Under the pieces are notes generated by a model that did not search any database, was not told where the DNA came from, and saw nothing but the letters and a program-made list of their open reading frames with translations. A program made the position numbers and the translations under genes. A stretch of 64,000 nucleotides of DNA, taken from the NCBI GenBank assembly GCA_964387985.1, contig CAYLZG010000001.1, positions 438 to 64,437 on the forward strand, written 5' to 3'. Position 1 is the first letter of the stretch. Each line of letters opens with the position of its first letter. Origin of the DNA: an uncultured Anaerolineales bacterium. Lineage in GTDB: Bacteria; Chloroflexota; Anaerolineae; CG2-30-64-16. Shown here piece after piece: positions 45,638 through 55,245 of the stretch.

Positions 45638-46903
45638 ATGTCACACTTCGATCTTTCCTTTGTCCGCAGTCAGTTCCCGGCGCTCTCGCTGAGTGACGCC
45701 GGCCGGCCGGCGGTCTACTTCGATGGCCCAGGCGGCACGCAGGTCCCGCAGCGGGTGATCGACGCCATGGCACACTACCTGATCCACACGAACGCCAATC
45801 ATGGAGGCGTCTTTCGCACCAGTCGCGAAAGCGATGCGCTGCTGCACGCCGCGCATGAGGCCATGGCCGATCTGCTTAATGCAGCCTCGCCGCGTGAGAT
45901 CGTCTTCGGTCCCAATATGACCACCCTGACGTTCGCCATGAGCCGCGCAATCGGACGCGAACTCAAGGAAGGCGACGAGATTCTCATCACGCGGCTCGAC
46001 CACGACGCCAATCGCGCCCCATGGCAGGCTTTGGCGGAGAAGGGCGTGGTCATCAAAGAGGTCGACTTCGACCCCCGTGACTGCACCCTCCGGCTGGACG
46101 ACTTGCAGAGCAAGCTCAGTCCGCGAACAAGGCTGGTGGCGGTCGGTTATGCCTCTAATGCCGTCGGCACCATCAACCCCATCGCTGAAATCGCTCAGAT
46201 GGTCCACCGGAACGGTACACTTCTGTGGGTGGATGCAGTGCACTACGTTCCGCACGGACCAGTGGATGTGCAGGCCCTCGAATGCGACTTCCTGGTATGC
46301 TCGCCCTACAAGTTCTTTGGACCGCACTCCGGCGTGCTCTGGGGGCGCCTCGACTTGCTGGAAGGGCTGCGCGCCTACAAGGTGCGTCCAGCCGGCGACG
46401 GAGCGCCAGACAAGTTCGAGACCGGCACCCAGGTCCATGAGGCGCAGGCCGGCGTACTGGCCACGGTGGATTACCTGGCGGAGCTGGGTGCGCAAGATGC
46501 TGGCTCGGCCGAAGGACAATCCTCTGGCTTCACCGGTCGACGCCTGGCGCTGAAGCGGGCCATGGTAGCCATAAGAAGCTATGAATGCGACCTGTTCACC
46601 GCCTTCACCGAAGGATTACTGGCCATTCCTGGACTGACCTTCTACGGCATCCGTGAGCCTGGCAGATTTGGCTCGCGAACCCCCACGGCTGCCTTCCGGA
46701 TCGAAGGAAGGCACCCGGATGAAGTCGCCGAGCATCTGGCGCGGCGCGGTGTGTATGTCTGGTCGGGCAACTTCTACGCCATCGCCGTGACGGAGCGGTT
46801 GGGGCTCGAAGAGCGCGGCGGCGTCGTGCGCGCGGGGCTGGTGCACTACAATACGCGGCAAGAAGTGGACTACTGCCTGGCGTGTCTCCGAGAAATAGCA
46901 TAA
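45638..46903 (+). CDS. Aminotransferase class V / cysteine desulfurase-like PLP enzyme
   Basis: FPALSL....VYFDGPGGTQVPQRVIDAM, ASNAVGTINPI, VDAVHYVPH, and the PLP-Lys context CSPYKFFGPH. The start is moved to the ATG at 45638 on SD evidence. Confidence 0.8.
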   Translation: MSHFDLSFVRSQFPALSLSDAGRPAVYFDGPGGTQVPQRVIDAMAHYLIHTNANHGGVFRTSRESDALLHAAHEAMADLLNAASPREIVFGPNMTTLTFAMSRAIGRELKEGDEILITRLDHDANRAPWQALAEKGVVIKEVDFDPRDCTLRLDDLQSKLSPRTRLVAVGYASNAVGTINPIAEIAQMVHRNGTLLWVDAVHYVPHGPVDVQALECDFLVCSPYKFFGPHSGVLWGRLDLLEGLRAYKVRPAGDGAPDKFETGTQVHEAQAGVLATVDYLAELGAQDAGSAEGQSSGFTGRRLALKRAMVAIRSYECDLFTAFTEGLLAIPGLTFYGIREPGRFGSRTPTAAFRIEGRHPDEVAEHLARRGVYVWSGNFYAIAVTERLGLEERGGVVRAGLVHYNTRQEVDYCLACLREIA

Positions 46904-46920
46904 GCCAGTTCCACCGGTGC

Positions 46921-46967
46921 AAACCGGCTTTGGCTGTGTTGCAGACGGACAGCCAGAGCCGGTTTTT
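46921..46967 (+). terminator. Rho-independent terminator (17-bp stem) between convergent genes
   Basis: AAACCGGCTTTGGCTGT, an 11-nt loop, then ACAGCCAGAGCCGGTTT (one G-U pair) followed by TTTTT. It overlaps the stop of the minus-strand gene. Confidence 0.8.
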
Positions 46968-49158
46968 ATGAGCCGGCAGCCAGGATATTTCCTGCCTCGA
47001 CGACAGCGTTCTCCACCCACTTTTCGAGCGGCCAATCCGGTGCAGCCACCCAACGCAGCCGCTCGCTTCGTGGAGGCAGCAAAACGATCCTGGCTGGACT
47101 GACGGAGAGCGCCTCGATCAGATCGAGCGTCACCTCGCCGTCCCATGCGCCGGGGATCATCACATCCGACGGCGCCAGGATTCCGACTGCCCGAGCCAAC
47201 GCATCGCCCGGTATGGCAGGTGGTTCATCGCCCAGCCCTTCCAGCATGGCCACCTGCGCGGCCGCATTAAGCCCCATCGGCCACAGCACTGCACCGGGGA
47301 ACGCCGCACGCAGTGCGGCGAGGAGCGCAGCGCCCACCACGCCGTCACCGCCATCTATGACAGCCAGCGCCCTGGCAGGATGGCTCGCCGTCTCAATTGC
47401 CAGGCCGGATTCGATGGCAGCTGCTGGTAGTTCCTCTCGACGATACTGTCGCATCCCGGTCGCGGCAGGCGGCTCGGCCACGGGGGCAAAAAACGACCCC
47501 GCGGGCAGAGCGCTGTCCGGCGCCTCTGAAGCAGCCGGCGCCGGCAGGACCGCAGGTACAGGGGGTGCGACCGAGTATCCAGGTAGCGAAACCGAAGACG
47601 CGTGCGGCGCAGCCGGAGACGCTGATGCAACTACCGGGACCTCCGCCGCCAGCCAGCGCAGGTCCCCGCGCAAGGTAAGACCGTGCACCAACGTCCAGAA
47701 GAGCGCCACCAGGGCAGCAGCGGTCGCGCCCGCCACGGCCGCGCGAACTCCTCCAAGTGCAGCCGCTGACTGCCAGTTTAATGCCATGAACGCGCCGAAA
47801 CCTGCTGCAGCGACAACGACTACTGAACCGGCAAGCACGGCCGCGATGAGGTAGACGCGGCGGATAACCGATGCTCTTTCGTGATGGCCCTGCGTCCCAG
47901 CAGCACGTGCGCGGGTCTGTTGCGACCACCAGTGACCCCACCAGGACGGCGCGCCAACGAGCAGGAACGCGGCCGAAGTGGCGAAGCTCTGCACCCACTG
48001 GGCTGCAGTCGCACTGCTGGCTTCGGCGCCCAAAAACACCTGCAGGATGAGACGAGCGAACTGTGTCAAGCCGTACCAGAACGCGGCCAGCGATGCAGCC
48101 GCCAACAGGTAGCGCACAACCCGGCGGATCGTTGCAGTCCGCGACCGCTCTCCCCCCCAGGCGGCATCGACCCGTACGCCGCTGGAGAAACTGATCCAGG
48201 TCGCTGCGGCAACAGGCAGATATGCCAGCGCCCAGGGCCAGTCAAAAATGCCCAACAATGGCCGGCCGGCTGCGCCCTCAGGCCGGCTGATCGCGCGCAA
48301 GATAACCTGCTCTATCAAATAACCCAACGCCACCAGGGTTACGAGCGTGGCAGCCAGCACCCCGGCATAGCGCAGCAGGACACGGCTGAGTACGTTAACC
48401 TCGGAGGCAGGATGCGCGCTTGCTGCGCGATTTGCCACACCCCACGCCAGGCTGGCAAGCGGCAGTCCCAGGACCAATGCTGCCAACGCCCCTGCTGCGG
48501 GTACGTGCCACGACGTATCGCCGCTGAGGGGGGTCAGAAGGAGGCGGATGCCCACACGCAGGAGCTCGCCGCCGCCGCCAAATGCCAACAAGGCGCCAGC
48601 CAGTGCTGCCAGGTAAGTGTAGGCGCGCCGCCACCTTGCAGCGCTGCCCTGCTCTTGTCCCAGGTCACCATCACGGCGAGCCTCGTGCCGCAAGTACAGC
48701 CAATACGCCAGGCTAGCCGCCACACCGGTCACCAGAGCGACCGGCCATGCCGCCTGTTCTGCCAACCCATCCACGCCGCCATCGAGGAACGAAGCAACCA
48801 CCGCGCGGATCAGCAGCCAAAGCTGGCCGACCAGGGCGGCCACAGCAGCCAGTCGCCCCATGTAGAGATAGGCCTTGCGCTCAGGTGACACGCGCTCGAC
48901 AGCCGCGGCCATGGTAAGAGGCCGTGCGGCCTGATTGGCCATGACGATATGAAAAATCCAGGTGGCGAGTGCCAGCAGAAACAGGAGCAACCACGGCAGC
49001 GCAGACGTGCTCAGCACGCCTCCCGGTGGCTCAGCGCCCAAAAGCAAGGCTGCGCGGCCACTTACAACGCGCCACAGAAAGAAGACCAGGCCGGTTAGCG
49101 AGACCACCAGACCAAACAGGGCCACGCTGTAGAGATAAGTCCGGCGACTACGGCTCAT
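46966..49158 (-). CDS. Polytopic membrane protein with six internal repeats and a soluble C-terminal domain
   Basis: The start is moved to the ATG at 49158 (GGGAGGAGG 7 nt upstream). Repeats are anchored on RRTYLY / RKAYLY / RRAYTY / SRVLLRY / RRVVRY / RRVYLI. The C-terminal LAVIDGGDGVVGAALLAALRAAFPG... resembles DUF3842 from memory. Confidence 0.6.
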   Translation of the reverse strand: MSRSRRTYLYSVALFGLVVSLTGLVFFLWRVVSGRAALLLGAEPPGGVLSTSALPWLLLFLLALATWIFHIVMANQAARPLTMAAAVERVSPERKAYLYMGRLAAVAALVGQLWLLIRAVVASFLDGGVDGLAEQAAWPVALVTGVAASLAYWLYLRHEARRDGDLGQEQGSAARWRRAYTYLAALAGALLAFGGGGELLRVGIRLLLTPLSGDTSWHVPAAGALAALVLGLPLASLAWGVANRAASAHPASEVNVLSRVLLRYAGVLAATLVTLVALGYLIEQVILRAISRPEGAAGRPLLGIFDWPWALAYLPVAAATWISFSSGVRVDAAWGGERSRTATIRRVVRYLLAAASLAAFWYGLTQFARLILQVFLGAEASSATAAQWVQSFATSAAFLLVGAPSWWGHWWSQQTRARAAGTQGHHERASVIRRVYLIAAVLAGSVVVVAAAGFGAFMALNWQSAAALGGVRAAVAGATAAALVALFWTLVHGLTLRGDLRWLAAEVPVVASASPAAPHASSVSLPGYSVAPPVPAVLPAPAASEAPDSALPAGSFFAPVAEPPAATGMRQYRREELPAAAIESGLAIETASHPARALAVIDGGDGVVGAALLAALRAAFPGAVLWPMGLNAAAQVAMLEGLGDEPPAIPGDALARAVGILAPSDVMIPGAWDGEVTLDLIEALSVSPARIVLLPPRSERLRWVAAPDWPLEKWVENAVVEAGNILAAGS

Positions 49159-49195
49159 GAGGCCGCCTCCTCCCAATAAAAAACACATGCAACAT

Positions 49196-49228
49196 CAAAA
49201 CGAGGGAACTCAAGAATAAGTTCCCTCG
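49196..49228 (-). terminator. Hairpin plus short T-run after the ABC-2 permease gene (terminator or attenuator)
   Basis: The minus strand reads CGAGGGAAC-ttattcttga-GTTCCCTCG-TTTTG, 24 nt after the TGA at 49253 and 38 nt before the next ATG. Confidence 0.55.
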
Positions 49229-49252
49229 CGCACTTTTGTCCGTAGCCTGGCA

Positions 49253-50044
49253 TCACTTCCAGCGCGTCAGGATGGTTTCCCGCTGAAAGAGCTTGACACC
49301 CAGGTAAACCAGGACCACATCCGCAATCAGGGCGATCAATGCGCTGATCCAGAAGGTCGTGCTGCTGAGCTGGATGAACCCGACCATCGGACCGAGGAAA
49401 AGGATCATCAGCGGCACGATGATCAGGCTGCCCAGTTGCTCCGCGGCGCGCGGGTCCGACGTCCGGCTGCTGACGATGATGCCCACGTTCACGGCCATGA
49501 TGGTCAACAACGGTGCCAGGACCAGCATGGCAACCAGCCACATGGGATTGATGAAGATGTCAAACACCCGGTCACTGACCGCGAAGATGCGCGCGCCGAT
49601 CAGGAACAGCCCATAGCTCACCCAGGCAGTTACGATCCCGGGGAGTGCAGCGGCCAATCCCTTGGCCAGCAGCAGCTTGGTGGTGCTGATCGGTGTGGCC
49701 AGGAGTGGCTCCAGCGAGCGGGTCACCTTCTCCCCAACGATGCTGTAGGCCGCGATGGTGACAGGCACCATCAGCGGCATCATCAAGAAGAGCACCAGGA
49801 AGTTGGAGGCCATGACCGACTGCATGGCCTCGACCGGGCTGAGCTCCGCAAAGATCGGATTGTTCAGCATCCGGCCCAATTCCTCATAATCGCTCTGGCT
49901 GACCCCCACACGCCCCATCAATGCGAGCATAACCAGCGGGATGGCCGTCATCAGCAGCGGCACGAACAACACGACCGACAACACGAGCTTGTTCTTGCGG
50001 ACCTCAGCCCATTCCTTCTTGATGATCGTCATCACAGCGTTCAT
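49253..50044 (-). CDS. ABC-2 type transporter permease
   Basis: Six-TM ABC-2 layout. The start overlaps the ATPase stop by 4 nt. Confidence 0.75.
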   Translation of the reverse strand: MNAVMTIIKKEWAEVRKNKLVLSVVLFVPLLMTAIPLVMLALMGRVGVSQSDYEELGRMLNNPIFAELSPVEAMQSVMASNFLVLFLMMPLMVPVTIAAYSIVGEKVTRSLEPLLATPISTTKLLLAKGLAAALPGIVTAWVSYGLFLIGARIFAVSDRVFDIFINPMWLVAMLVLAPLLTIMAVNVGIIVSSRTSDPRAAEQLGSLIIVPLMILFLGPMVGFIQLSSTTFWISALIALIADVVLVYLGVKLFQRETILTRWK

Positions 50045-51009
50045 TGCGCACCCCGCTGATTCTCAGCATCTGCGTGGATCAGGCTCAAGTAGACATCCTC
50101 CAGGGAATGCTTGAGCTCATTGACAAACTGAACGTCTGCTCCGTGCTCGATCAGAGCCCGCACGATGGCCGGGTTCTGGTTTGCCGGATCGCTCAGGCTG
50201 ATGACCAATTGCAGGGAGCCGCCATCCTCAGGCGCCAGCGGCTGCACATGCTTCACACCCGGCACACTGCTCACGACGCGAGCCAATCGATCCGGTTGGT
50301 CGATCGGTGCCAGTTGGACAACCGTTTGCCGGCCAAACAACTGCCGGCGCAAGGCATCCGGCGCGTCGACTGCGATCAGCCTCTGTTTGAACACCCCAAT
50401 GCGATCACAGAGCCGCTCGGCTTCATCCAGGTTATGAGTACACAGGAAGATGGTCCGGCCCTGGCCGCGAAGCGTCTCGATAAACTCCCGCACTGTTTTT
50501 GCGGACTCAGGATCCAGGGCCGCCGTGGGTTCATCGAGAAACACAACGGGCGGCTCGTGGAGCAGCGCGCGTGCAATCGCCAGCTTCTGTTTCATCCCCT
50601 TGGAAAAAGTGCCGGCTTCGGTGTCACGGCGGTCCCAGAGATCCAGCAGGCGCAGATACTTCTGAACCTGGCCGCGCGGATCTCGACAGCCATACAATTC
50701 TGCAAAGATCTCCAGGTTGTAGCGGGCGCTCAGGCGCTCGTACAGCCCGGGGGACTCGGTCAGAATCCCCACGCTCGCGCGGATCCGCTCATCCTCCCGG
50801 CCCAACTCAAGGCCGTTCACCCAGGCGCGGCCGCTTGTGGGTGCTATCAGGCCGGTGAGCAGGCGCACCGTCGTCGTCTTACCCGCGCCGTTGGGACCCA
50901 GAAAACCGAACACTTCGCCTTCGCGCACCTGCAGATCCAGGCCGTCGACCGCGCGAATCTCGCGGCCGTCGCTCCGAAAATGCTTGGTCAAGCCCTCTAT
51001 TCTGATCAT
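50041..51009 (-). CDS. ABC transporter ATP-binding protein (ABC-2/DrrA-like exporter type)
   Basis: Walker A GPNGAGKTT, signature FSKGMKQKLA, Walker B VVFLDEPTAALD. The start is moved to MIRIEGLTKHF (GAGGGAG just upstream). Confidence 0.85.
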   Translation of the reverse strand: MIRIEGLTKHFRSDGREIRAVDGLDLQVREGEVFGFLGPNGAGKTTTVRLLTGLIAPTSGRAWVNGLELGREDERIRASVGILTESPGLYERLSARYNLEIFAELYGCRDPRGQVQKYLRLLDLWDRRDTEAGTFSKGMKQKLAIARALLHEPPVVFLDEPTAALDPESAKTVREFIETLRGQGRTIFLCTHNLDEAERLCDRIGVFKQRLIAVDAPDALRRQLFGRQTVVQLAPIDQPDRLARVVSSVPGVKHVQPLAPEDGGSLQLVISLSDPANQNPAIVRALIEHGADVQFVNELKHSLEDVYLSLIHADAENQRGAQ

Positions 51010-51032
51010 TGCTCCCTCATGAGAACGCACAC

Positions 51033-51038
51033 ATTATC
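51033..51038 (-). promoter_or_regulatory. Possible -10 hexamer (GATAAT) for an internal promoter of the ABC-2 genes
   Basis: The minus strand reads TTGCTAGATAATG in the 113-nt gap after the GNAT gene. There is no convincing -35. Confidence 0.3.
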
Positions 51039-51122
51039 TAGCAATACGAAAGAAATCCGTCCGGGTTGCCCGCGCGGCCGCTGAGTGATCTGGTGAGGGG
51101 AAAAAGCTGCAGCCGTGAAGCC

Positions 51123-51677
51123 TCATTCGGGAGAGGCTTCCCACTCGCTGCGGAGAATACCGTAGAGATACATGTCGTAGCGCCGGCCTTCGCGCTGCAT
51201 GAATTCGCGATAGACACCCTCCCGGCGAAAGCCAACCTTCTCATAGAGCCTGATCGCGCGCTCGTTGTACTCGAACACAGTCAGCTGCACGCGATGCAGA
51301 TTGAGTTCGCGAAACGCATAGCCGAGCACCAGGGCCATCGCATCTCGGCCATAGCCCTTTCCCCATTCGTCACGATCCCCAATACCGATGCCGAGCCAGG
51401 CCACCCCGTGCGACCAGAGGATGTCTTCGAGTGAAACGCAAGCCACCATGTAATCGCTGTCGAGCGGGCGCACCGCGAAGACCAGGGTCCGCTCGCTCTT
51501 CTGCCATTCTTCGAACCATTTCAGGATCTCGTCTTCGGAGCGCGGCCGCGCCACCGCGGCATCGAACAGGCGTAAAAAGCCAGCATCGTTATGCCAACCT
51601 GAGAACGTCCTGGCATCCTCCTTGTTGAGGCCGGTCAGCCGAACGAGTTGCCCAACCCAAAGGTTATCAGAGATCAC
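51123..51677 (-). CDS. GNAT family N-acetyltransferase (RimJ/RimL-like)
   Basis: LGIGIGDRDEWGKGYGRDAMALVLGYAFRELNLHRVQLTVFEYNERAIRLYEKVGF. GTG start overlapping the upstream TGA (GTGA) with GGGAGG upstream. The 337-aa track ORF is an antisense-free but spurious extension into the upstream gene. Confidence 0.8.
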   Translation of the reverse strand: MISDNLWVGQLVRLTGLNKEDARTFSGWHNDAGFLRLFDAAVARPRSEDEILKWFEEWQKSERTLVFAVRPLDSDYMVACVSLEDILWSHGVAWLGIGIGDRDEWGKGYGRDAMALVLGYAFRELNLHRVQLTVFEYNERAIRLYEKVGFRREGVYREFMQREGRRYDMYLYGILRSEWEASPE

Positions 51678-53599
51678 ATGCCCTCCCTCGACCGCCGTCG
51701 GAGGACGGTCCAACCAACAACAAGCAATAGGGTGAAAGCCGTGGCGTAAGTGACCCACCTGGCAGCTGTGCGCAGCGGAGTGTCCTCGAACCGCAACAGG
51801 ATGTAGCCCTGACCGGCCGGGATCGGGATGACGACCCGGGCCAGGGGACCATCCTCGCGCTGGACTGCCAGCTTGCCGACCGGCCGGCCATTCTTGCCGT
51901 CGAGCAGCCAGGCAGTCCAGCCCGGATACCAGAAACGATTGAACGTGATGGACTGGCCTGGATCTTTGGCATAGAAGAATATCTGCTCGTGTGCAGTGCC
52001 GACATCCTCCGAGTTTACGGCCAGGGTCTCGTTCTGCGGAACGCGGGAGTAGTCGACTCGCGTGGTCACTTCCTTCCCCTGCACCCACAGTTCCGCCATA
52101 TCCGACCACATCGGCCGCCGGACAGGATCGACCCATGCGGTAACCCCGGTCATCTCATCGCTAGTGCGCTGGAAGCGCATGAGTGCAGCCATGGATACGG
52201 GACCCTGCTCGGGCGTCGGCTCACGGATCTCGACCTTCAGATAGGGATAGCTTGACAGCAGGAGTAAAGAGCTGAGCAGGATAGCGGGCCAGAGGCTGGA
52301 GGCGCCCGGCGAGACGGCCTCGCCGTCCCCTGGTCGCTGTGAGCCAAGCGCCACGAGCGCTGCAGGAAGGATGCTCAACGGCAGGATCGCCAGCATCAGA
52401 TACCGCCAGGGGAACTGGGCATAACCCACAATGGGAACGGTTCGCCACAGGAACACGGAAGCCGGCAGGGTCAGGAATACGCTCACCAGCAGCCAGGCGC
52501 CCCAGAAGCGTAACTCACCGCGCAGACGCGGTCTGAAGCGGCTGCTGAGCGCCAGGCTGACGAGCGCGAAGAGCGTGGCTGCCACGCCCAGCTGATAGCT
52601 CAGGCTGCCCTGGGCCGCATCATCCGGCCCGGGCTGGCTGATCCCGAACCCCCACGAGGGATCGAATAACTGGTTGAAGTAAACAAAGTGCTGTTCGGGA
52701 TTGTAGTACTCACCAAACCACTGGGTCTTGTTGATGTAGCCCTGCTCTATCAGCGCCGGAACGAAGAACGCGGCGCTGAGCCCCAGGCCCACCGCCAGGG
52801 CCAGCCCAGGGGCGATGACCGAGCGCAGGGTCGCACCCGTCCACAGCGCGCGCCAGGGACTGCCGGCAGCCCCGCCCTCGGCCCGCCGGCGCAGCGCCTC
52901 GAGCAGGATCAGCGCAACGACATAAGCTGCCAGCGCCGGCGTGAACACAAGGGCAACAAGGTTGCTGGTCCACATGAGCGCCCCGAACGCCAGCCCAGCG
53001 GCGATGACGGATCCTAGCCGGGGCCGGCAGACGGCCTCTCGAAAGCCCCAGAGCACCAGCGGCAGCAACGCCAGGGCAAAACATTCTGCCATCGCCGCGC
53101 GCACGAAGACGTTCACAAGGTGATACGGAACCACCATGTAGGCCACTGCCGCCACCAGTCCGCTGCGGCGCCCGAGGAAGGAGCGCACAAAACCGTACAT
53201 CGCCAGGCCGGAACCGATCATGGACAGTGCCAGCACGGCCTTTACGCTGGCTTCGTAGCCCAAACCTATCACCTGATTGAACAGGACCCCGATAAATGTC
53301 GCAAGGGGCGCATAGATCGTGAAGAAGGGGTACCCGTAGCCGTACGCCCAGTCGGGCGACCAGCGCGGCCAAAGGATGCCTTCTTTGAAGGAGAGTCCGT
53401 ACTGAAAGATGAAGTAGACGTCATGGCGCGCATCGTGCGCACCCCAAAAATAACCGGGCTGCAGCAGAGGTGAGATAGCGGCCAGTCCGAAAAGCAGCAA
53501 GAGGCCAATGACCAACCATTCCCGCCGCGCAGCGGAATGCGCGTTCGCGGTCTCGGCCACCTGCTGGGTCTCGCGGTTCGATTTCGGTTGCACAGTCAC
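51674..53599 (-). CDS. Large polytopic membrane protein, GT-C-like, paralogue B
   Basis: PGYFWGAHDARHDVYFIFQYGLSFKEGILWPRWSPDWAYGYGYPFFTIYAPLATF is colinear with paralogue A. The C-terminal beta-rich domain plus terminal TM helix also match (FWYPGWTAWLLDG... versus YYFAGWRGTIDG...). Confidence 0.6.
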   Translation of the reverse strand: MTVQPKSNRETQQVAETANAHSAARREWLVIGLLLLFGLAAISPLLQPGYFWGAHDARHDVYFIFQYGLSFKEGILWPRWSPDWAYGYGYPFFTIYAPLATFIGVLFNQVIGLGYEASVKAVLALSMIGSGLAMYGFVRSFLGRRSGLVAAVAYMVVPYHLVNVFVRAAMAECFALALLPLVLWGFREAVCRPRLGSVIAAGLAFGALMWTSNLVALVFTPALAAYVVALILLEALRRRAEGGAAGSPWRALWTGATLRSVIAPGLALAVGLGLSAAFFVPALIEQGYINKTQWFGEYYNPEQHFVYFNQLFDPSWGFGISQPGPDDAAQGSLSYQLGVAATLFALVSLALSSRFRPRLRGELRFWGAWLLVSVFLTLPASVFLWRTVPIVGYAQFPWRYLMLAILPLSILPAALVALGSQRPGDGEAVSPGASSLWPAILLSSLLLLSSYPYLKVEIREPTPEQGPVSMAALMRFQRTSDEMTGVTAWVDPVRRPMWSDMAELWVQGKEVTTRVDYSRVPQNETLAVNSEDVGTAHEQIFFYAKDPGQSITFNRFWYPGWTAWLLDGKNGRPVGKLAVQREDGPLARVVIPIPAGQGYILLRFEDTPLRTAARWVTYATAFTLLLVVGWTVLRRRSREGM

Positions 53600-53615
53600 A
53601 ATACCTGTCCAGTGC

Positions 53616-55235
53616 CTACGGTGTGATCACGTATTTGTCCTGGTCGTCCACGGCCAGCCGTTCGCCCGTTTCGCCCAGATACCAGCCCAGCCAATAACGA
53701 TAATCGGGACCACTCGGCGCGCCAGGCGAGAGGGCGGCCTCGTAGCGATCCACGACGATCTCTCCCGGAAGCCAATGTGTCGTGGGCAATTGGGCATCCT
53801 GCGGCATGCCGTCGTGTTGAGCGTAGCGCTGCCCATCCGCTGCCACGACATGGAAGAACACAGTGTAGTCGTGCGCCAGGGGCCGGAGCGCCTGCCAGCG
53901 CACCTCAAGCGCCACGCGGCCGCCAGGAACGAGCACACCCTCTGTCTCCACACCCAGCAGGGCAATCTCATTATCACCATAGATGGCTAGGGGAGCGCGA
54001 CCGGTCAGTTCCGTCGTCGTCACCGGCCGCCAATCGACGTAAGCCTCCAGGACAACGAGGACCAGAACCCCGGCAAGAAGCGGCGCCATGGCAGCTATCT
54101 GCGGGGCAGGAGACAACAGTACACCAAGCCGCCGTGCACCCAGCCCGGCCAGCCAGGCGAGCCACGGCCCAGCCAGCAGCAGCAACTGCCAGGGATAAGT
54201 CAGCGATCTTGCAAGGAATGGCAGCCCGCGCCACAGTGGCGCAGACAGGCTCACCGACAGAAACGCCAACACGACGACGCTGGCGAGGGCGAAATTGCGT
54301 GTTCGCCACAGGTCGCTGACCCGGGTCACTTCACGGGAATCCTGAGACAAGGCCGGTGGAGCCAGGAAGGCGAACAAGGCCAGGCCGGACGCGACCACTC
54401 CGAGGCCCAATCCTGGCGCCATGCTCTGCTCGGACATGCCGGCGATTTCGTGCAAGCCCATGAACTGTCCAAGGAAGTCGACCGGGGTCGCACCTCCGAG
54501 GCCCTTGCCCAGAAACGCGGGCAGCAGCCCCAATATCCCTATCAAAAGGCCGGCCATGAGCACCGCTGCGGTCTGCGCCCTGCGCACCGTGCGGCCAGCA
54601 TCACCCGGAACGATCGCCAGGATGTAGGCCAGCAGGACGGCCAGAAACCACAACGTGAGCCCGGCCTGCGTCCAGAGAGCCGCGGCCACGCCAGCGATGA
54701 GCCCGATCGCTGCCAGTCTCGCTCCCGACAATAACGCGTCCGTCGACCACAGAATCCACGGCGCCAATCCCAACAAGACGGCTTCACCCAGAGCGCCTCG
54801 ACCGTAGATCGTCACAAGGGCGATCGGGCTGCAGATGTAAGCCATCGCAGCGACCAGGGCCGGCCACTTGCCCAGCCTGCGTCGCGCCCAGCCGTACATC
54901 CCGACGCTCGCCGCAAGCAGAGAAATACCAAACACCCACTTGGTCGCGTTCGCCGGAGATTCGCCAAGTGCGGCGGGCAGTGCGCCCAGAAGGTAAGGCA
55001 GGATGTGTTCCCCGCGTAACAAGTCATGGCCCCTGCCGATCACCGGCGCCCAGCCCCAGTCGCCGAAGTGAGCGAGAAGGTCCGCCAGGTTGAATACGGG
55101 CAAGAAGCCGCTACGAAACACAAAATAGCCAGGGTAGGTCAAAGGGGCCCAGGCGAAGACCGGAAGCACAAAAACCAGTAACAGCGCCGGATCGCAACTC
55201 CGGGCGCCGGAAGAACGTGCAGTTTGGTGCATCAT
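53616..55235 (-). CDS. Polytopic membrane protein, GT-C/ArnT-like, more divergent paralogue C
   Basis: The N-terminus reads PLTYPGYFVFRSGFLP. About 11 TM helices. The C-terminal soluble block ALEVRWQALRPLAHDYTVFFHVVAADGQRYAQHDGMP...THWLPGEIVVDRY is common in carrier-lipid-dependent glycosyltransferases as I recall. Confidence 0.55.
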   Translation of the reverse strand: MMHQTARSSGARSCDPALLLVFVLPVFAWAPLTYPGYFVFRSGFLPVFNLADLLAHFGDWGWAPVIGRGHDLLRGEHILPYLLGALPAALGESPANATKWVFGISLLAASVGMYGWARRRLGKWPALVAAMAYICSPIALVTIYGRGALGEAVLLGLAPWILWSTDALLSGARLAAIGLIAGVAAALWTQAGLTLWFLAVLLAYILAIVPGDAGRTVRRAQTAAVLMAGLLIGILGLLPAFLGKGLGGATPVDFLGQFMGLHEIAGMSEQSMAPGLGLGVVASGLALFAFLAPPALSQDSREVTRVSDLWRTRNFALASVVVLAFLSVSLSAPLWRGLPFLARSLTYPWQLLLLAGPWLAWLAGLGARRLGVLLSPAPQIAAMAPLLAGVLVLVVLEAYVDWRPVTTTELTGRAPLAIYGDNEIALLGVETEGVLVPGGRVALEVRWQALRPLAHDYTVFFHVVAADGQRYAQHDGMPQDAQLPTTHWLPGEIVVDRYEAALSPGAPSGPDYRYWLGWYLGETGERLAVDDQDKYVITP

Positions 55236-55245
55236 GCAAGAAACC

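Noticed and set aside
51678-52136. Upstream extension of the GNAT ORF (track ORF 51123..52136, 337 aa)
   Set aside because: The extension overlaps the 3' end of the well-supported membrane-protein gene in another frame. The GNAT domain starts at a GTG with GGGAGG upstream, overlapping the upstream stop.
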